Shown: piece after piece, positions 49,504 through 59,781 of the stretch
Numbering within the stretch: the stretch's first letter is position 1
Layout: every line of letters begins with the position of its first letter
DNA from: an uncultured Gemmatimonadales bacterium
GTDB taxonomy: Bacteria; Gemmatimonadota; Gemmatimonadetes; Gemmatimonadales; GWC2-71-9
DNA length: 64,000 bases
Assembly (NCBI GenBank): GCA_963840165.1
Contig: CAWIXT010000006.1
Span: 410,002-474,001, forward strand
Direction: 5' to 3'
Made by a program: the position numbers and the translations under genes
Notes under the pieces: generated by a model
The model's input: the letters and a program-made list of their open reading frames with translations, nothing else
What the model was told of the DNA's origin: nothing
The model's database searches: none

Positions 49504-51500
49504 GCGGAAGAAGGAGCGGCGCGGTCCTGGTTGAGAAGCCCGCGGACCGCGCTGGCCAGGCCGCTGGCCGTGAACGGTTTTTCGATGAATGGGGCGTCGT
49601 GCGCTATGAGACCCCGCTCGACCACCTCGAGGCCGGGATAGCCGGACATGTAAAGGATAGGGATGTCGGGTCGCACGGCTGCGACCCTCCGGCCGAGCTC
49701 GTGCCCGCTCATCTCCGGCAGAATGACGTCGCACAGGATAAGCTGGATCTCGGCGCTGAGGATCAGCTCCAGGCCGGCCCGCCCCGTGGCAGCCTCCAGC
49801 ACCCGGTAGCCCGCCTCCTCGAGAGTACGCCGCGTGAGGGTGCGCACCGCCTCCTCATCCTCCACGACCAGCAGGACCTCTCCCTCGCCCCGAGGCGCCA
49901 TGACCGGCCGGGAGGGCCGGCTGATGGGATCCGAGACTTTCGGAAGGTACAACTTGACGCTGGTACCCTGGCCGGGCTCACTGTAGAGCCAGATGTACCC
50001 GCCCGACTGCTTCACGATTCCGTAGGCGGTGGAGAGTCCGAGACCGGTTCCCTGCCCCACCGGCTTGGTGGTGAAGAAGGGCTCGAAGGCTCGGGCCCTG
50101 GTGGCGGCGTCCATTCCATCGCCGGTATCGGTCACGCAGAGGGAGACGTAATCGCCCGATTCGATCGAGGTGCCCACGTGCCGGCGGGCATAGCCTTCGT
50201 CCAGAGATACGCGGCTGGTCTCGAGCGTCAGGCGCCCACCCGATCTCATGGCGTGCCTGGCATTGAGCGCCAGGTTGATGATCACCTGCTCCAGCTGCCC
50301 CCGGTCGGCGCGAACCCGCCCCGTCTGCGGGTCCAGACGTATGCCGAGCTCGATGTCGGCGCCCAGGAATCCGGTGAGCATGCGCCCCAGATCGGAGATC
50401 ACCGCGTTGAAATCGAGCACCGAGGGCTGGAGCACCTGCTGCCGGGTAAATGCCAGGAGCTGGCGGGTGATCCCGGCCGCGCGGGTCGCCGCCTTTACCA
50501 TTTCGGACACGTCAGAACGCTGGGGATGATTGTCCGGCATGCCTTTGAGCACGAACCCGCCGAACCCGATAACGGCGGTCATCATGTTGTTGACCTCGTG
50601 GGCCACGCCGCCCGCCAGGTTGCCTACCGCCTCGATCCGTTGGGTCTGCCGCAGGTGGTCCGCCGCCCGGCGCTCATCCTCCACATCGGTGCATGCACCC
50701 ACCCACTCCACATTGCCTTCCGAATCCGTCACCGGAACTGCCCGCGCCATCACTCGCCGATAGGAGCCGTCCCGGGTCCTCAGGCGGTACTCGGCGTAGT
50801 ACATCTCGTTTCGCTCCACTGCTCGGCGCCAGGCTGCAGTAGTGGCCTCGCGGTCCTGGGGATGAATCGCGTTGAGCCATCCCCAACCGGCGAACTCCTC
50901 TTCGGTCTGGCCGGTGTACTGCTGCCAGGTCGTGCCATCTCCCCGGAAGCGCCCGTCCGGATCGCTGATCCACACGACGGCGGAAGAGGCGAGGGCCAGC
51001 GACCGATAGCGCGCCTCACTGCGTTCGAGCGCCGCCTGGACCGCGGCCCGCTCGCTCAGATGGTCCCGGACTTCGTACTGCCGGTAACGGGCTCGAAGGG
51101 CGGCCTGCACCGTGCTCGTCAAGGCCACGGTGCGGACCGGTCGCTCCAGCAGGGTCACGTTTCCGTGGCGCGCGAATCGGGAGAGCAGCGCTCGGCTGGA
51201 TGCCAGGGTGGCGCCGCTGCTGAGGAGGACGATGACGGGTAGGTCGGACCAGGAGGGTTGTGCGGCCAGGCTCGCGTCGAGCTGATCGGACCCGGGTCCG
51301 TGCAGAGCTTCTTCTGCAATGATCGCCACCGCCCCGCCGGCTACGAGCGACTCGGTCAGCGAGCCCATGTCCGGACAGATGCCAGGCTGGAAGTCGTTTT
51401 GGGAAAGGGTGGATGCAAGCAACTCGGCATCGCGGCCGGTGGGCGCGAGAAGCAGAATCCTTTCGCCGGACGCGACCTGCTCTTCCTGCTTATCTGTCAC
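49500..51500 (-). CDS. Hybrid histidine kinase (degenerate REC-PAS-HisKA-HATPase-REC)
   Basis: LLLAPTGRDA pseudo-receiver, PAS IHPQDR, AHEVNN, DTGDG, GTGLGL, C-terminal REC LCDVILP. Confidence 0.93.
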   Translation of the reverse strand: MTDKQEEQVASGERILLLAPTGRDAELLASTLSQNDFQPGICPDMGSLTESLVAGGAVAIIAEEALHGPGSDQLDASLAAQPSWSDLPVIVLLSSGATLASSRALLSRFARHGNVTLLERPVRTVALTSTVQAALRARYRQYEVRDHLSERAAVQAALERSEARYRSLALASSAVVWISDPDGRFRGDGTTWQQYTGQTEEEFAGWGWLNAIHPQDREATTAAWRRAVERNEMYYAEYRLRTRDGSYRRVMARAVPVTDSEGNVEWVGACTDVEDERRAADHLRQTQRIEAVGNLAGGVAHEVNNMMTAVIGFGGFVLKGMPDNHPQRSDVSEMVKAATRAAGITRQLLAFTRQQVLQPSVLDFNAVISDLGRMLTGFLGADIELGIRLDPQTGRVRADRGQLEQVIINLALNARHAMRSGGRLTLETSRVSLDEGYARRHVGTSIESGDYVSLCVTDTGDGMDAATRARAFEPFFTTKPVGQGTGLGLSTAYGIVKQSGGYIWLYSEPGQGTSVKLYLPKVSDPISRPSRPVMAPRGEGEVLLVVEDEEAVRTLTRRTLEEAGYRVLEAATGRAGLELILSAEIQLILCDVILPEMSGHELGRRVAAVRPDIPILYMSGYPGLEVVERGLIAHDAPFIEKPFTASGLASAVRGLLNQDRAAPSSA

Positions 51501-53025
51501 TGGCGCCGGGGCCCTCCACAGCCAGCAGCGGCTGCCGCTGCCCCACGTAGTCCGGCACCCCGGTGAGCACCCCCTGGAACTCCCGGAGCGGCTCCCCCAC
51601 CCTCACCCCCCGGTTGGTGACCTGGAACTCCCGGATGGTCAGCTCATGCGGACCGCTACGCTTCTTCAACACCGAGATCGCCTTCCGAACCTCGCCCATC
51701 GATTCAAAGAATCTGAGCACCAGGAGGCTGTCGGCCAGGTAGCTCACCTCGGCCTGACTCCCGGCCGTCGAGGCAAACATGCCATGCTGCGCCAGCGTGA
51801 GCAGCGTGGTCGCTCCCCGTTGCGCCAGGTAGCTCAGGAGCTCGTGCAGCCGGATGTCCAACAGCCGCTCCTCCGGCATCGCGTTCAGATAGCCGTTCAG
51901 ACTATCGATCACGATAAACTGGCTGCCGTGGCGCTTGGTAGCATCAACGATGGCGTGGGCAAACTCGCCCGGAGATACCTCCGCAGGATCGATCTGGCGG
52001 ATCAGGATCCGCTCCTGCTCCACGTGCCGGGCCAACGGCATGCCGAGGCGTTCGGCGCGATCCATGAAGGTGTTGAGCCGCTCGTCGAAAAGGTACAGGG
52101 CGACGTGATCGCCCCGGTCGGCCGCGGCGCAGGCATATTGGGTGGCCAGGACGGTCTTCCCGCATCCGGCGGGCCCCATGATCATGGAGCTGGTACCTCG
52201 ATCGAGTCCTCCGCCCAGCAGCGTATCCAGCTCCTTCACACCACTCAGCACAGCGGCAGGTTTGAACGGCGTGTGATGTTCAGCCGCTATAAGCCGGGGG
52301 AACACCTCGATCCCGCCGGTCCGGATGGTGTAGTCGTGGTATCCTCCGCGGTACAGCACTCCCCGCATCTTCACCACGCGCAGCTTCCGTCGCTCGGCTC
52401 CATAGTCGAGCGCCAGCTGCTCTAGAAGCAGTACTCCGTGTGCCAGACTTCGTAGCTGCTGATCGCTATCCTCCCCGGTGCGGTCATCGAGCAGCAGCAC
52501 CGTGGAGCGATGGTGAGTGAAGAAGTGCTTGAAGCCGAGAATCTGGCGGCGGTAGCGCAGGGAATCGCGAGCCAGGAGGCGCAGCTCGGAGAGCGAGTCG
52601 AATACCACCCGCGTCGGCTTCACCCGCTCTACGATCTCGAAGATAGTGCGCGTGGTGTTGGTCAGCTCCACTTCAGACGGGTGGAACACGGTATACTGTG
52701 CGTCGGGACTCAGCGACTCCTCATCCGGCATCAGCTCGAACAGCTCGATGCCATCGAGTGACCAGCCATGGGACTTTGCCACCAGCCTGAGCTCTTCGGC
52801 GCTTTCGGAGAGTGTCACATACAGGCCCCGTTCTCCCCGGCGCGCGCCCTCGAGAAGAAACTGGAGCGCGAGGGTGGTTTTACCGGTTCCCGGATCCCCC
52901 TCGATGAGAAACAGGTGTTCGCTGGGGTAGCCACCGTCCATGACGCTGTCCAGGCCGAGTACTCCGGTCTGACTCTTCCCGGCGGCGGCGGTAGGCTTCT
53001 CCTGGTGGCGTAGGACCTCGGTCAT
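51490..53025 (-). CDS. KaiC-like double RecA-domain ATPase
   Basis: Two Walker A motifs (GDPGTGKT, GPAGCGKT), VFDSL/VIDSL, KMRG, SYLAD, KKR. Confidence 0.92.
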   Translation of the reverse strand: MTEVLRHQEKPTAAAGKSQTGVLGLDSVMDGGYPSEHLFLIEGDPGTGKTTLALQFLLEGARRGERGLYVTLSESAEELRLVAKSHGWSLDGIELFELMPDEESLSPDAQYTVFHPSEVELTNTTRTIFEIVERVKPTRVVFDSLSELRLLARDSLRYRRQILGFKHFFTHHRSTVLLLDDRTGEDSDQQLRSLAHGVLLLEQLALDYGAERRKLRVVKMRGVLYRGGYHDYTIRTGGIEVFPRLIAAEHHTPFKPAAVLSGVKELDTLLGGGLDRGTSSMIMGPAGCGKTVLATQYACAAADRGDHVALYLFDERLNTFMDRAERLGMPLARHVEQERILIRQIDPAEVSPGEFAHAIVDATKRHGSQFIVIDSLNGYLNAMPEERLLDIRLHELLSYLAQRGATTLLTLAQHGMFASTAGSQAEVSYLADSLLVLRFFESMGEVRKAISVLKKRSGPHELTIREFQVTNRGVRVGEPLREFQGVLTGVPDYVGQRQPLLAVEGPGASDR

Positions 53026-53128
53026 GGGCTTCCTATTGAAATCGTCGTCAAGGGTGCGATCGTGACGCTACGGCTTTCAGGGTGAGCCCGAATTTTATCG
53101 GTCTCCTGCAGCCTGGCAGCGATGGAGG

Positions 53129-54613
53129 TCACACCGGGCGGGCTCGGCGCCACACGGCATACACCGGGATACCCAGAGCTACAATGAGAAGGCCGAGCGC
53201 GGAGAACTTCCGTTGCTGCGGGTCCGCCAGCAGCACCACCAGCAGAAATCCAATCGCCACGATATAGAGCGCGGGGAGAACCGGATATCCGAAGGCCTTC
53301 ACCGGGCGGGGAAGGTCGGGCCGGAGCCGCCGCAGCCGGAAGAGCGAGACCGTGGTCAGCAGGTAGAAGATCAGGGCCGCGAAGACGACATAGTTGAGGA
53401 GCTCGCTGTAGGTACCGCTCAGGCACAGGACCATGGTCCAGAGCGCCTGCGCCACCAGCCCGAAGACCGGCGTGCGATAAATCGGATGCAGTGTGCCCGC
53501 CCGCGCGAAGAACAGATTGTCGCGTGCCATCGCGTAGTACACCCGGGGACCCGCCAGGATCAAGCCGTTGTTGCAGCCGAAGGTCGAGAGAAGAATTGCC
53601 ACCGCCATGATGGCGGCGGCGCCGCTGCCGAGCGCCACCTCGATGGCCGCAGTGCCCACCCGATCCTGGGCCGCGTACTGCAGTCCCCGCGACATCACGT
53701 CGGTGCCATTGGGGTCCCCCCAGAATGGCAGGATGTTCAGATAGGCCACGTTCGCCAGGATATAGAGGGCGCTCACCAGACCGGTACCGATGGCAAGCGC
53801 GCGCGGAAGATTTCGGGTGGGGTCTCGCACTTCGGCAGCTGCGAAGGTGACGTTATTCCACGCGTCGCTGGAGAACAGCGATCCGACCATGGCCGCGCCC
53901 AGCACCGGCATGACCGCCAGGCTCCAGTCGCCCGTCCCCCAGAAATTCGAGAAATTGGCGGCGGCCACGTCGGGCCGGCGGAACAGCGTGAGACCCAGCA
54001 CCACCAGCACTGCCAGGGCGCCGATCTTGGCGACGCTGAACCCGGTCTGAATGGCGGCGCCCAGGCGCACGCCCCGTACGTTGATGGCGGTCAGGGCCGC
54101 GATCATCAGGACGGCCACGACTCTCTGAGGAGAAAGACCCAGCTGGATCGGATCGGCGGCGCCGGGAAGCTGAAGGCTCCCCAGCGGGAGGAAGATCTCC
54201 GGCGTGATGCTCGGCACCAGCACGCCGAGAAACCGGGCGAACGCCACCGCGACGGCGGCGATGGTTCCGGTCTGAATCACGGTAAACAGGGTCCAGCCGT
54301 AGAGGAACCCCGCGGCGGGGGAGAGTCCCTCCCGTAGAAAAACGTACTGACCGCCGGCCCTGGGCATCATGGCGGCGAGCTCGGCGTAGGCCAGCGCCCC
54401 GGTCACCGTCATGGCCCCGGTGATAAGCCAGACCGCCAGCAACGCACCGGGCCCCCAGTCGGAAACCTGCCGTCCGATGTCGGCCGAGACGATGAAGATG
54501 CCCGAGCCGATCATCGAGCCGACCACCAGCGAGATGGCTGCGATCGGACCGATGCCGCGTATGAACTCGGAAGGTGCGGAGGTGACGGGAGGAGGAGTCT
54601 GGGTCGTCGCCAT
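53129..54613 (-). CDS. APC amino acid permease (LAT-like)
   Basis: GSMIGSGIF, YAELAAMMPRAGGQY, DAWNNVTF..AEVRDP. Confidence 0.93.
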   Translation of the reverse strand: MATTQTPPPVTSAPSEFIRGIGPIAAISLVVGSMIGSGIFIVSADIGRQVSDWGPGALLAVWLITGAMTVTGALAYAELAAMMPRAGGQYVFLREGLSPAAGFLYGWTLFTVIQTGTIAAVAVAFARFLGVLVPSITPEIFLPLGSLQLPGAADPIQLGLSPQRVVAVLMIAALTAINVRGVRLGAAIQTGFSVAKIGALAVLVVLGLTLFRRPDVAAANFSNFWGTGDWSLAVMPVLGAAMVGSLFSSDAWNNVTFAAAEVRDPTRNLPRALAIGTGLVSALYILANVAYLNILPFWGDPNGTDVMSRGLQYAAQDRVGTAAIEVALGSGAAAIMAVAILLSTFGCNNGLILAGPRVYYAMARDNLFFARAGTLHPIYRTPVFGLVAQALWTMVLCLSGTYSELLNYVVFAALIFYLLTTVSLFRLRRLRPDLPRPVKAFGYPVLPALYIVAIGFLLVVLLADPQQRKFSALGLLIVALGIPVYAVWRRARPV

Positions 54614-54627
54614 CAGTACCTATATGG

Positions 54628-54966
54628 TCAGGGGATCTGGCGCGGCTTCTCTCCGCCCTGGTCCGGCGACTCGACCGCCTTGACGGCCTCTTCGACCACG
54701 GCCTGGCCGGCGGCCGCCAGGCCTTTCATGACCTTGGCGGCGCTATCCATCAGCCCCATCGTTCCGGTGATGGCCTGGATCGGCAACTGGCCGGCGCGCA
54801 TCGTATTCTCGACCGTGGCCGTGATTCGGGACAGCAGCCCATCCGGCTGGGAGCGCTCGGCGTACTTGCTGTCGAGAAACTCGACGAAGTCGAGGATCTG
54901 ATAGCCGCGCTCGTCGCTGGCGGCGTCGAGCAGACGAATGATGCGTTGCTTGAGAAGGTCGTTCAT
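54628..54966 (-). CDS. Conserved hypothetical protein
   Basis: 112-aa ORF with YQILDFVEFLDSKY, co-oriented with neighbours. Confidence 0.75.
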   Translation of the reverse strand: MNDLLKQRIIRLLDAASDERGYQILDFVEFLDSKYAERSQPDGLLSRITATVENTMRAGQLPIQAITGTMGLMDSAAKVMKGLAAAGQAVVEEAVKAVESPDQGGEKPRQIP

Positions 54967-54970
54967 AAAT

Positions 54971-55077
54971 AGTCGCCAGTCGCCAGTCGCCAGTGTGAAC
55001 CGCAGGTGAGGTCTAGGCTTAATTCATAATCTGGCGACTGGCGACTGGCGACTGGCGACTGGCAACTGGCGACTGGC
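54971..55077. repeat. Inverted heptamer element (AGTCGCC)x3 / (GGCGACT)x6
   Basis: 54971-54994 and 55033-55077. Confidence 0.95.
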
Positions 55078-56154
55078 CTACTCCACCCGCGACACCATCT
55101 CCACTACCGGCGTCGCCAGAAAGCGGGTACGCGGCGCCTTGATGATCACGCGCAGGGTAACCTCCTGGAGCGCCTGGAGCGCCCGGAACTCCTCGGCCTG
55201 CCTGGGAGTAACCGTCACATAGACGAAGCCCGGCTCCGGCAGGGGTCCGCGAGTAAGCAGGTAGAGCTGACCCTTCGGCATCTCCACCCGCAGATCGTCC
55301 GCGGTCTGCACCGCGATAAGCTCGAGCCGCCAGTCTACCGGCCGCCCAATGTAGCGGGCCGGGTCCGCCCGGACCTCGGCAGCGGTTACCCCTCCCAGCG
55401 ACGTGCCGGTTCCGCCGCCCAGATCGACCTGGCGGACCCAGCCCTCCAACTGAACCCGGGTCCAATCGCCGGAGCGAGCTATCACCCGGGTGGGAGCGCC
55501 GGGTTGCAGGGTCCCGAACTGTCCTCCTTGCGGTGCCGCGTAAATGACGGTCTCGCGAGATACTCGCACCGCCTCGGAGTCGGCCGCCGCTTCATCGGGA
55601 GCGGCAGCGCTCTGCGGGGTCAGCGCGCCCGATTCCTCGGGCTCGGTGAGCGGGACTGGCGCCACCGGCCGCTCCACCGGCGGAGAAGGCGCGGACGCGC
55701 GCTCCGCAGCCGGAGTCCTCACGGCATGACGGGGAACCCAGCCGGCGCGGCGGACCCGGGTCCAACCACCCCGCACCTCCTGCTTATGAAACAAGGCGCC
55801 GCTCCGCACTCGCGCGACCACCGCACCGTTGGGGGCGTCGCGGAGGTTTTCCCCGGCAGCCGTTGTCACCACCACATCAAAACCGTCCCGGGTGGTTTTT
55901 TCGGTGGATTGGCTGAAGATCCATCCCTCGATCACCACCTCGCGCCAGTCGCCCCGGGTTCGTCCCGACTCCACCGAAGTGCCCGCCGGCAGAGACACCA
56001 GCGGGATCCCGCTCGGCTCCTTCCTGAGCCGGGTGGCGACCGAAATTTCCTGAAGCTCCTGGGCATGGACGACAGGCACAACGAGCAGGAACGCGGCCGC
56101 CACGCAGGCTGGTAGCCGGCCTAGGCCGGGACTAGATTGCGGCGCGTAAATCAC
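55078..56154 (-). CDS. Secreted protein with repeated SH3b-like domains
   Basis: Signal peptide; three G(D/G)W..V..(E/A)GW repeats; Pro/Ala linker. Confidence 0.7.
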   Translation of the reverse strand: MIYAPQSSPGLGRLPACVAAAFLLVVPVVHAQELQEISVATRLRKEPSGIPLVSLPAGTSVESGRTRGDWREVVIEGWIFSQSTEKTTRDGFDVVVTTAAGENLRDAPNGAVVARVRSGALFHKQEVRGGWTRVRRAGWVPRHAVRTPAAERASAPSPPVERPVAPVPLTEPEESGALTPQSAAAPDEAAADSEAVRVSRETVIYAAPQGGQFGTLQPGAPTRVIARSGDWTRVQLEGWVRQVDLGGGTGTSLGGVTAAEVRADPARYIGRPVDWRLELIAVQTADDLRVEMPKGQLYLLTRGPLPEPGFVYVTVTPRQAEEFRALQALQEVTLRVIIKAPRTRFLATPVVEMVSRVE

Positions 56155-56184
56155 AGTGGCGCATTGTAGAACACGCGGAGACCC

Positions 56185-57735
56185 ATGTCAAACGGAAGCA
56201 CCCCCGGGGTGGTCCTGGTGGTCCTGGACGGCTGGGGTTATCGGCAGGAGCGTGATGGCAATGCGATCGAGCTGGCTTCCACCCCCAACTGGCAGCGGCT
56301 CTGGAAATCGTACCCCAGAACACTGTTGGATGCCAGCGGACTGGCCGTGGGGCTTCCCGAAGGCCAGATGGGCAACAGCGAGGTGGGGCACCTGAACCTT
56401 GGGGCCGGCCGGGTGGTTCCGCAGGATCTGGTCCGCATCTCCCAGAGCATCCAGAACGGCAGCTTCTACCAGATCGAGCCCTTGGTCCAGCTCTGCGCCG
56501 GGCTGCGACAGACCGGCGGCACCCTCCACCTGGTGGGCCTGCTCGGCCCCGGCGGGGTTCACGCGCTCGACCGGCACTTGCTCGCCTGTGTCGAGCTGGG
56601 CATCCGGCAGAAGGTCCAATCCATCGCCATTCACGGGTTTCTGGACGGCCGCGACTCGGCACCCACGTTGGGCGCGGAGGTGGTCCGGACACTGCTCATG
56701 GACATGCGCCGGATCGCCGGAAGCCGGGTGGATATCGCGACCCTCACCGGCCGGTACTACGGCATGGATCGAGACCGCCGCTGGGAGCGGACCCGTCTGG
56801 CGTACGAGGCCATGGTGCACGGCCGCGGAATCCCGGTCGAGCATCCGGTGCTGGCGGTGCAGGCGGCCTACCAGCGGGGCGAGACTGACGAGTTCATCCT
56901 GCCGCTGGTGCATATCCGCCACGGAGTGCCAGTGGGCACCATGCGGGATGGGGACGGAGTCTTCTTCTTCAATTATCGCAGCGACCGCATGCGGCAGATT
57001 GTCGCGGCACTTGCGGTGCCCGGATTCGAAAGCTTCGATGTCAGCGACCGTCCCAGGATCTCCAGCGTCACCATGACGCAGTACGACCAGACGTTCGCGA
57101 TTCCCCAGGCATTTCCCCCCTTCAGCCTGGCCCGGATACTGGCAGAAGTGCTGGCCGACCGGGGCCGGGCCCAGTTCCGGACCGCCGAAACGGAGAAGTA
57201 TCCGCACGTCACCTATTTCTTCAATGGCGGGTACGAACCGCCCTACAAGGGGGAGGAGCGGTGCCTCATTCCTTCACAGCGGGTGGCGACCTACGACCTC
57301 GCGCCTGAGATGAGCGCCGCCGGCGTGACCGATGCGCTCTGCCGGGCCATCGAGGCTCGGAACCACGACTTCCTGCTGTGCAACTACGCCAACGCCGATA
57401 TGGTGGGCCACACCGGCGTGCTCCCCGCGGTCATCCAGGCAGTGGAGACGGTGGACCAGTGCCTTGGCCGAGTCCTCCGGAGTGCGGAGAACGCCGGATC
57501 CAGCGTCCTGATTACCGCTGATCATGGCAACTGCGAGATGATGATCGATCCCGCCACCGGGGGGGTCCACACCGCGCACACCATGAACCCCGTCCCGCTG
57601 GTGGCCGTGCGGTCGCACGCGGCATCACTGCGGGCCGGGGGCGCGCTGCGCGATGTGGCGCCCACCATCCTGGGCCTTCTTGACATCGAGCGGCCAGTGG
57701 AAATGACGGGACACGATCTGAGGGAGTGCGATTGA
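56185..57735 (+). CDS. gpmI: 2,3-bisphosphoglycerate-independent phosphoglycerate mutase
   Basis: LDGWG, GQMGNSEVGH, DGRD, AETEKYPHVT, DMVGHTG, ADHGN, TAHT. Confidence 0.97.
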   Translation: MSNGSTPGVVLVVLDGWGYRQERDGNAIELASTPNWQRLWKSYPRTLLDASGLAVGLPEGQMGNSEVGHLNLGAGRVVPQDLVRISQSIQNGSFYQIEPLVQLCAGLRQTGGTLHLVGLLGPGGVHALDRHLLACVELGIRQKVQSIAIHGFLDGRDSAPTLGAEVVRTLLMDMRRIAGSRVDIATLTGRYYGMDRDRRWERTRLAYEAMVHGRGIPVEHPVLAVQAAYQRGETDEFILPLVHIRHGVPVGTMRDGDGVFFFNYRSDRMRQIVAALAVPGFESFDVSDRPRISSVTMTQYDQTFAIPQAFPPFSLARILAEVLADRGRAQFRTAETEKYPHVTYFFNGGYEPPYKGEERCLIPSQRVATYDLAPEMSAAGVTDALCRAIEARNHDFLLCNYANADMVGHTGVLPAVIQAVETVDQCLGRVLRSAENAGSSVLITADHGNCEMMIDPATGGVHTAHTMNPVPLVAVRSHAASLRAGGALRDVAPTILGLLDIERPVEMTGHDLRECD

Positions 57736-58493
57736 TGCGAGTTGCGGCCACGATTCTCCGGAACCAGCGAGCCAGGTCCCTCGCTGCGCTCGGCATGAGG
57801 ATCGCTGTCTTGTGCGGTCTAGCCGGTCAGCCCGCCCTTGCCCAGGTGGGCCATCCGCCAGGAGCCTCGCCGTTCAGAGACATCCGTAAGGGACACACAC
57901 TGACGGCGCTGGGAGGATATTTCGGCGGCAGCGGGGGGGATTTCAACATGGGCCCTCACAACGGCAGGGTCCTGGGCGGGCGATACGACATCCGGACCGG
58001 CAGCACGATCCAGCTCGGCCTGGGCGTCAGCTACGGTACCCTGGAGCGCTTCATCGTGAATCCATACGTGCGCCTGGCGAACCGGCGCAGCGGCCCGGTG
58101 TCCCAGGCCGTCACTTTCGCCGATCTCACGGTCCAGTTCAACATGACAGGCGGCAAGAGCTGGAACCGGCTGGCGCCATTTATCGCCTCCGGGGTGGGGC
58201 TGGCATTCGCGGAGGATACCCCGGCCGACACCAGTGGCTACGACTTCGGTAACGAGTTCTACCTGGCGCCGAGCGCAGGGGTTCGGATTTTCCTCAGCGA
58301 TCGGTTCCACTTCAAGGGCGAGGTCAAGGCAATCTTCTGGAAGCTGGACTATCCCACCACATTCCAGCAGGAGCCGGTGGAGGAGCCGGGGACGATCGAC
58401 GACCGCAACGCGGTGATTACCGACAACGACCTCTCAGAATGGACCACGAGCCCCTGGTTTCAGCTGGGCTTCGGCTACTCGTTCTCGCCCTGA
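57735..58493 (+). CDS. Putative outer-membrane beta-barrel protein
   Basis: Signal peptide to ALA-Q; alternating strands PFIASGVG, AGVRIF; C-terminal LGFGYSF; start 57735 or 57796. Confidence 0.65.
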   Translation: MRVAATILRNQRARSLAALGMRIAVLCGLAGQPALAQVGHPPGASPFRDIRKGHTLTALGGYFGGSGGDFNMGPHNGRVLGGRYDIRTGSTIQLGLGVSYGTLERFIVNPYVRLANRRSGPVSQAVTFADLTVQFNMTGGKSWNRLAPFIASGVGLAFAEDTPADTSGYDFGNEFYLAPSAGVRIFLSDRFHFKGEVKAIFWKLDYPTTFQQEPVEEPGTIDDRNAVITDNDLSEWTTSPWFQLGFGYSFSP

Positions 58494-58583
58494 CAATGGC
58501 GGCGTCCCTCTGTACCGTTCCTTTCCGCGGAAGACACCTGAATCTCGACCTGCCGGTCATGTTCATGGAGGATCCCAAGCTGT

Positions 58584-59378
58584 ATGCCGACTGTACCGGG
58601 CGTGACTGACCGGACCCAGCCTTCCAAGCGGGGCGGCCGCATGTCGGAGGACGCGGTGGTAGAAGAGGTGCCGGTGTGGCTGGAGGTAAACAGCCGTCCT
58701 GCCGTGACATGGATGTGCACCCCCGACCTGCTGGAAGAGCTGGCCCTCGGGTGGCTGCACGGAGAAGGCTATATCGACAGCATCGAGCAGGTGCGCCTCC
58801 GCCCCTGCGCCACCGATCTCGGCTTCTGGGCCGAGATACCGCCGGAGCGGGTGGCCGCCGTCGCAGCGGAGGCACGCAAGCCTGTGTTGGCATCGGGCTG
58901 CGGGGCCGTCTCCACTTTTCTCGCCGATCCTGCCACCGTAGACGGCCAGCCCTCGAGAGGCACGGCGCCGGGCCCGGAAGAGCTGCGCGGCTGGTTCAAG
59001 GCACTGTTCGCGAAAGGGGAGCGCTACAAGGACACCGGTGGAATCCATGCCGCGGCGTTGATCGATCCCGCCGGCGTGCCGTCGCCGCTCATCGCCCACG
59101 CGGAAGACATCGGCCGGCATAACGCCGTGGACAAAGTGCTGGGAAGCGCCCTTCTGGCCGGCCGGGCGGTGCAGGGCCTGGGGCTGCTGGTGACAGGAAG
59201 AATCTCAGCCGAGCTTGCGTTCAAGGCCGCCAGGGCGGGGCTGGCGTATGTCGCCACACCTTCGGTTCCATCTACCCTGGCGGTGGAGATTGCCCGCCGC
59301 AGCGGCATGATCCTGATCGGACGGGCGGTGAGCGCACACCCACAGCATCATGGTGCAGCGGGCCCCGGTGCCTCCTGA
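58584..59378 (+). CDS. fdhD: Formate dehydrogenase accessory sulfurtransferase
   Basis: EE.PV, TPDLLEELALG, SGCG, TGGIHAA, EDIGRHNAVDK, TGRIS; start uncertain. Confidence 0.93.
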   Translation: MPTVPGVTDRTQPSKRGGRMSEDAVVEEVPVWLEVNSRPAVTWMCTPDLLEELALGWLHGEGYIDSIEQVRLRPCATDLGFWAEIPPERVAAVAAEARKPVLASGCGAVSTFLADPATVDGQPSRGTAPGPEELRGWFKALFAKGERYKDTGGIHAAALIDPAGVPSPLIAHAEDIGRHNAVDKVLGSALLAGRAVQGLGLLVTGRISAELAFKAARAGLAYVATPSVPSTLAVEIARRSGMILIGRAVSAHPQHHGAAGPGAS

Positions 59379-59781
59379 CCGGAAACGGCTTCGGGAAATC
59401 CTCCGGACCGCCCGTCGCATCGCCGTCGTGGGCCTCAGCCGGAAACCGGAACGCCCCAGCCACGGAGTGGCGGCATACCTCCAGTCGGCTGGGTATACCA
59501 TCATCCCGGTTCATCCCGTCGGGGGGGTGACCCTCGGCGAGCCGGTGCATCCGGATCTCCGGTCTGCTGCTGCCGCGGGGCCTATCGACGTAGTGAACAT
59601 TTTCCGGCGATCGGAGCACGTGCCCGCGCTGCTCGAGGCGATGCTCGAGGTGCGGCCGGCGTTGGTCTGGATGCAGCAGGGGATTCGGCACGACGGCGTG
59701 GCACGGGAGCTGGAAGCAGCCGGTATCGATGTCGTCATGGACCGGTGTCTCGCGGTGGACCACCAATTTCTGGGGGCCTGA
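59368..59781 (+). CDS. CoA-binding protein (YccU-like)
   Basis: IAVVGLS.KPERPS, IPVHP, DVVNIFR, WMQQG, VMDRC. Confidence 0.9.
   Translation: MPPDRKRLREILRTARRIAVVGLSRKPERPSHGVAAYLQSAGYTIIPVHPVGGVTLGEPVHPDLRSAAAAGPIDVVNIFRRSEHVPALLEAMLEVRPALVWMQQGIRHDGVARELEAAGIDVVMDRCLAVDHQFLGA

Noticed and set aside
48040..51242. Long antisense ORFs opposite guaB and the kinase (and similar ones elsewhere)
   Set aside because: Shadow ORFs expected in high-GC coding DNA; no recognisable motifs
51490..53025. Circadian clock locus
   Set aside because: No kaiA/kaiB in the window and non-canonical phosphosite motif
58496..58609. 37-codon ORF or Moco riboswitch before fdhD
   Set aside because: No recognisable Moco RNA consensus; the ORF has no family support and may be a mis-framed fdhD 5' end
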